Shown here in pieces: positions 21,030 to 27,350 of a stretch of 27,350 nucleotides of DNA (within the stretch, counting starts at the first letter, position 1; each line of letters starts with the position of its first letter). Position numbers and translations under genes: made by a program. The DNA lies in NCBI RefSeq assembly GCF_006345805.1, contig NW_021833375.1:1-27350 (forward strand). The letters are read 5' to 3'. The notes beneath the pieces are model-generated. The model worked only from the letters and a program-made list of their open reading frames with translations. It had not been told where the DNA came from and did no database searches. Origin of the DNA: Octopus sinensis (taxonomy: Eukaryota).

Positions 21030-21078
<49 letters not shown>

Positions 21079-21160
21079 CATAATATACATATATATATGT
21101 ATATATATGTATATATATATATATTATGTATTATATATTATATATATGTATAAATATATG

Positions 21161-21196
<36 letters not shown>

Positions 21197-21859
21197 TGTA
21201 TATAGCAAAAACTGTATATGTATATAGCAAAAAAAAATTTTCTAGCAAAAACTGTCTGACGAACAGGAATGTGAAACAGGTTTTTGTTGAATTTTCTGCT
21301 GCTTTTGAATAGCATATTACTCTACCCATGGTATTTGAGTACTCTTTTTCCCCCTTGTTTCACATTTATGTGTTTACATGTATATAATATATATAATATA
21401 TGTATATTTATGATAATATATATATATATATGTATATATTTTATGTAGATATATATATGTATATATATATATGTATATTATATATATATTATATATATAT
21501 GTGTATATATATATGTATATATGTATATATATATATGTTATATGTATATGTGTATATATGTATATATATATATAATATATGTATATGTATATGTGTATGT
21601 ATATGTGTATATGTATATGTATATATGTATATATATTATATATGTATATATATATGTATATATATATGTGTATGTATATGTATATATATGTATATATATA
21701 TGTATATGTATATATATAGGTATATGTATATATATATGTATATATATATATATATATATGTATATTGTATATATATATATGTATATGTATATGTATATAT
21801 GTATATGTATATATATATATATGTATATGTATATGTATGTATATATATGTATGTATATG

Positions 21860-21891
<32 letters not shown>

Positions 21892-22498
21892 GTATATGTA
21901 TATGTATATGTATATATATATGTATATGTATATATGTATATGTATATATTATATATATATATGTATGATAGTATGTATATATGTATGTATATATGTATAT
22001 GTATATATATATATGTATATATGTATATATGTATATGTATATATATGTATATAATATGTGTATATATATGTTTGTCTATATATGTATATATATATGTATA
22101 TATATATATGTATATATATATATGTATATATATATGTGTATATATATTGTGTATATATATTATGTGTATATATATATGTGTATTATATATATGTGTATAT
22201 ATATATGTGTATATATATATTGTGTATATATATGTGTATATATAATATGTATATATATATAGTATATATATATGTGTATATATATATGTGTATATATACA
22301 TATGTGTATGTATATGTATGTATATATAATGTATGTATATGTATATATATATATATATGTATATAGGTATATATATATAGTGTATATATGTATATATATA
22401 TATATATGTATATATATGTATATATATATATATGTATATATATGTATATATATATGTAAATATGTATATATATATATGTGTATATATGTATATGTATA

Positions 22499-22541
<43 letters not shown>

Positions 22542-22600
22542 CATACGTACATACATACATATATATCCACACTTATATGTAAGCATATAAATATCTATCT
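20660..22600. repeat. About 1.9 kb compound (TA)n/ATGTAT microsatellite block with one unique spacer (about 21205-21375)
   Basis: Seen directly. Confidence 0.93.
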
Positions 22601-22871
22601 ATATATAAATTTGTAATGATATATATTGCAGGTTAGTAAATGAATTTCATATCACAGATGGAAAGTTGACTTTTGTTAGTTTAAAACCCAGATGAAATTC
22701 TTGAACATTACAATTACTTGGAAGTTATTTTTTTCTTCATAGCAAGCTTGTGGGACATTTGCAACTAGGCAGATATGAAATGGTCTATATATGTATGTGT
22801 GTGTGTGTGTATCTGTGTGTTTGTGTGTGCATGTGGCCTATATGTTTATAATTTGTGTACATACATAAATG

Positions 22872-23290
22872 CAAGTGTGGCTATTTGGTAGTTTCAGTTT
22901 CAATTCCATTGCATTTTATTTTTGGTAAGTGTCTTCTACTATATCCTTAGGCTGACCAAAACCTTATGATAGATTTGGTGGATAAGAACTGAAAGAAGCC
23001 TGTTGAGTATATATATATATATATGTGTGTGGTGTGTGTGTGTGTTGTGTGTGTGTGTGTGTGTGTGGTGTGTGTGTGTGTGTTTTACCGTCTCCTTGTG
23101 TAGACTTCACAGGATGGTTGTAAATGAATGTCAGTCATACAAGCAGTGTACATTTCCAATTTTCTGTGAAAACGTCCAGTCATGGGGAGATATTACCTTA
23201 CTTGGAAACAAGTGACGGTTGGTGACAAGAAGGGCATCAAGCCATAGAATTCTGCCTCAAAAAATACCATCCACCCATGTCAGCAAATAG
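22872..23290 (+). mobile_element. Degenerate tRNA-derived SINE of a second subfamily (same head and core, different 3' body)
   Basis: AAGTGTCTTCTACTATATCCTTAGGCTGACCAAAACCTTATGATAGATTTGGTGGATAAGAACTGAAAGAAGCCTGT (22927-23003) aligns with 11271-11348. Then a TA/TG tract and a 3' body containing GGTTGGTGACAAGAAGGGCATC. Both ends are approximate. Confidence 0.75.
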
Positions 23291-24517
23291 TGCAGTGTCT
23301 GACCTATTGATAGTGTGTATTCATTAAATATGATACATAGATGGCTATTTTAATTTAATATGTGCATACTAGAGTTTTACCCAACCCAGTGGCTATTATC
23401 AATGTATATACACACACATACACGTATGTGTGTGAAAGAACATTCTGTTGCATTCACATACTTCTGCACATTTGACTGTCCATTGAGGCCCGTTCATGTT
23501 ATTTCTGCCTTACATAGGATTATTTCAGGACCAGATTCAACAACCATAAATCTTCCTTCGATATGCAAGAGAAAGACATTGTCACAGCAAGACAGTTATG
23601 GTTGTTAAAAGAAAGTGCCATGGAATACCTTTTTTTAATAACAGCAGAAAATGCAGGTCATATTTAGCTGAGAAAAGAATTATATTAAAAAGTTCTCAGC
23701 ACCAGGACATCTACCTAAACTGTAGGAACAAGATATTTTAGCTTGTGCCCACATGAGAGAAGGTATATATTATCTTACCCACAGGCTTCATCAAGGCTAT
23801 AATCACTAGATTCTCCACTATTGGCCCTCCCAACATTATATCCTGAGAATCCAGCAAAGACTTTCACCAAACTATACGCAAATGAACACACATATACACA
23901 CCCAATCTCTCCTCCTACACACATAACACCTTAACCTCCCCCTGCACATGTTTTCATCTACCAGGCTCTTGCTACTTTATATCAAACTCAATTGTTATGA
24001 GACCAAAGGACATAACTTGATAAACGTCCTACTCATTTGCCTCCCATGACTTCATTTCTTTTTTCACTGCACCAGAAAATTGGATATGACATTTTCTCAC
24101 CTCCAACAACAGATAGCAGCACCATATTTTTTTCATACCTGTCATCTCTGAAGAGCATGGGGTTTTAGTTATCCTGTTATCTAATATCCTGTATGAAACT
24201 GAAATTGACTGAAATGAATCTATAATGCTGTATACTTTGATTAAATACCCAGTCTATTGACAACTATGAGTGCCTATTTGTTCTGGCTTATGGATTCTTA
24301 GATCACCTATAAATTATACGTATATATTACATAACACAGAATAACACAGACTTCTCCATCACTATTCTTCTCTTTCCTTCCTTTAACCACCTAACTTTCT
24401 GAAGGGCTTAAGCTTGAAATATCAAAGTCATTTCTTCTTTCTTAATTGTTCATCGAACAAATAAATACACCTTGTTATCACTGTCTTCTTTGTTGCCATT
24501 CTTGTCAGTTTTGAACG

Positions 24518-24520
<3 letters not shown>

Positions 24521-24567
<47 letters not shown>
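24521..24567. repeat. (TG)n microsatellite
   Basis: Seen directly. Confidence 0.95.
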
Positions 24568-24570
<3 letters not shown>

Positions 24571-25541
24571 ACTCACACATGTATATAAGTGTGTGTGTAA
24601 ATATATAATTATGCATGTATATATTTATGTGTGTACATACATATACACACATACAGGTGTATGTGTATATAAACATCCTTACACTCACACAAATTTATAC
24701 ATGTTTAATTACATATATGTTTATATATACACATACTCACAAATTTATACATGTGTATATATACAGAGAGAAAAATATATGCAAACATATGTATGCATAT
24801 ATACATATGTGTGTGTGTTTTAACATGTGCCAGTGTGTGTATGTATCTTTTTCTATATATTACATAACATTCTCCATATATAGTAAAATAGCTAACTGAA
24901 CATTATACAAACATATCTACTATTGGTGAGAAAAAAAATGATTAAAAAATCAACAAAAATGAAAACTAAAAGATTTCTGTAAAAATGTTAAGTTAGAGGA
25001 TGGAATTATTGTTGTTTCTGAATTTGTCAGAAAAAAATGATGTAATGACTACAAAAGTTTGGCAACATGTCTTCCTATATGTTTAATCCCCATTCCCAAA
25101 TAAATGACCACCCTGTTGTATTTTATCAGATTATGATCTGTATAGTTATCAAGATATTAATAGTAGAAGAACCTCTTCATTGTTATTCTGTGATAATGTC
25201 TTATTTTCTAAAAAAAATTTTTTACCACTAAATTCAAATTTCTAGTAAATAAATTGAACTTGTTTTCATTACTGTTATGTGAAACATACTTCATCTAAGA
25301 AACAAACCCCTCCAAAAACCAAATTATATTTGAACCTTTTCAAAGAAGCATAGAATACCTTTTTTTTTAAGCATAAAACTGACTGAAAAGAAATGTGAAA
25401 ATTATTTAGAATCTTTGAAATATTTAGAATCTTTGAACTATGTTAAGTTGATATGGGTATTGCGTTTTTTGCTTTTGTTATTTTTAGTCTATGTTTTCTT
25501 CTATTTATTGTGCTCTCTTATTTCTAAAATATATTTCAATG

Positions 25542-25542
<1 letters not shown>

Positions 25543-25578
<36 letters not shown>
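25543..25578. repeat. (ATA)n trinucleotide repeat
   Basis: Seen directly. Confidence 0.95.
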
Positions 25579-25580
<2 letters not shown>

Positions 25581-25711
25581 TATCATCTAATAACTCACAA
25601 ATGAATTGGTTGTTAAATAGTTTGTAAAATTATGAGGTTGCTTAAATTTTACACTGTAGATTTAATGAAGAGCTTAAATCTATTTTCAGAAAAAGTATTC
25701 CAGTTGTTAAA

Positions 25712-25762
25712 TACACACACACACACACACACGTACACACACATATATACATACATACATAC

Positions 25763-25795
<33 letters not shown>

Positions 25796-25802
25796 ATATA
25801 TA

Positions 25803-25854
<52 letters not shown>

Positions 25855-25893
25855 TATATATAATATATATAATATTATATATATACATACATA

Positions 25894-25943
<50 letters not shown>

Positions 25944-26030
25944 CATATATATAGATACATATATATACATATATATATATATATATACAATATATACATA
26001 GATATATATACATAATACATATACATATAT
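25712..26030. repeat. (CA)n/(TA)n/ATACAT microsatellite
   Basis: Seen directly. Confidence 0.93.
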
Positions 26031-26668
26031 AAATCCTTAGATCCTTAAAAATGTTTTAGCCTGAAGGCCGCGGCCATGCTGGGGCACCACCGCTGAATGA
26101 GCTACACTAATATGTGAATCCACCTCTGATACGTGGCACTTGATTAACAAGGGAGTTCGATGCTGCTGCCCGCATCTGCGTCTCCTGTTGTGAGACAGGT
26201 TCATCTGGGACTCCCGACAAGAAGAGATCCAGTTTAGTTTTAAAGAAACCCACATCCACACCATGTAAGTCTCTCAGGCATTTAGGGAGGATGTTAAAGA
26301 GCTGTGGTCCTCTGAAACCCAAGCTGTTGCAGTATCTGGACCTGTATTTTGATGGTGATGTTGGAATCTTAGGCACCATGCAGTGGCGCCCCGTTCTGCG
26401 GTTGGGGTAACTTTGAATGCGAAAGTTTGGGACAAGACCCTCCAGGATTTTCCAGATGTATATCACCGCATATCTCTCCGCCTCCGCTCTAGGGAGAAGG
26501 GTTAATACTTTCAGTCTTCCCAGTAGCTGATATTTTGATTGAGACGATTTTCTTTGTGTAGCTTCTCTAAATTGCTTCGAGTTCTGCTGTTAGTTTTATA
26601 CTGTGTGGTGACCATAGTTGGGAGCAGTAGGCCAAGCAGCTGAGGATGAATGTTTTCCATAGGACCAT
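26031..26668 (-). mobile_element. CR1-like LINE 3' fragment with complete 3' end, sense within the CELF intron
   Basis: [105 protein letters not shown], then GCGGTGGTGCCCCAGCATGGCCGC and the short tandem tail TAAGGATCTAAGGATT. Confidence 0.93.
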
Positions 26669-26672
26669 ATTA

Positions 26673-27169
26673 TAATATACATATATATACATATATATAT
26701 ATACATATATATATACATATATATATATACATATATATATACATATATATATATATACATATATATATACATATATATATATGTATATATATATGTATAT
26801 ATATATATATATTACATATATATATATGCATATATACATATATATTACATATATATATATGCATATATATATACATACATATATATATACATATATATAC
26901 AACATATATATATATACATTATATATAACATATATATATTATACATATATATATAAAATATATATATATACATACATATATATTACATATATATATATAT
27001 ACATATATATATACATATATACATATACATATATATATATAATATATACATATATACATATATACATATATATATATATATACAATATACATATATACAT
27101 ATATATATACATATATACATATATATATGCATATATACATATATATATGCATATATACATATATAATGC

Positions 27170-27202
<33 letters not shown>

Positions 27203-27240
27203 TATACATATATACATATATATACATATATACATATTAT
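26673..27240. repeat. Compound (TA)n/ATACAT microsatellite
   Basis: Seen directly. Confidence 0.95.
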
Positions 27241-27243
27241 ATA

Positions 27244-27350
27244 GAAGAAGAAACACAAGCCCTGGGTGACGAAGAAGGTTAAAACGAGAACGTCGACTCA
27301 AAGATATTGCTTGGGCTGAATTCAAAAATCTGGATTCGACTGCAGCTTTG
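27244..27350 (+). mobile_element. Possible LINE ORF2 linker fragment, runs off the right edge
   Basis: With one frameshift it reads [35 protein letters not shown], resembling the KPW(I/V)T linker between endonuclease and RT in CR1/L2 elements. Only about 105 bp are visible. Confidence 0.4.

Noticed and set aside
24145-24205. CTGAAGA...GAAA hammerhead-like spacing
   Set aside because: Stem II pairs poorly and there is no stem I or stem III complementarity.
23300-24500. Unique intronic sequence, possibly old transposon remains
   Set aside because: No recognisable protein motif, terminal repeat or structure.
2124-27325. Dozens of Tyr/Ile/Met/Cys/His-rich ORFs in the ORF track
   Set aside because: They are translations of (TA)n-type microsatellites, which lack stop codons; there is no coding signal.
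19200-27350. Penultimate CELF exon (..VISAKVF.DRATNQSKCF)
   Set aside because: Searched the minus strand by eye and found no match; it must lie beyond the right edge.

Overview
Very AT-rich, microsatellite-saturated animal genomic DNA; the SINE sequence and the (TA)n load suggest octopus (inference). The only host-gene coding sequence is the last coding exon (18928-19055, minus strand) of a CELF3-6/Bruno-like RNA-binding protein (end of RRM3). Its putative 3' UTR lies to the left and an intron of at least 8.3 kb lies to the right. The rest is retroelement debris: a decayed RTE-clade LINE (1-2290), a near-full-length CR1-like LINE whose two halves lie in opposite orientations and join at one Tyr codon, three or four more CR1-like fragments and two tRNA-derived SINEs. 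Not shown by the ORF track: three type I hammerhead-ribozyme folds. One has an intact core and a long branched stem II (5134-5210, minus), one is a minimal core variant (10456-10493, plus) and one is a degenerate relic (9530-9596, plus). Other observations are a 3' stem-loop shared by a SINE and the CR1 copies, a trimeric higher-order minisatellite, a hairpin-dense 200 bp island and a 20-mer that recurs in separate TA tracts. The many Tyr/Ile-rich ORFs are microsatellite artefacts.
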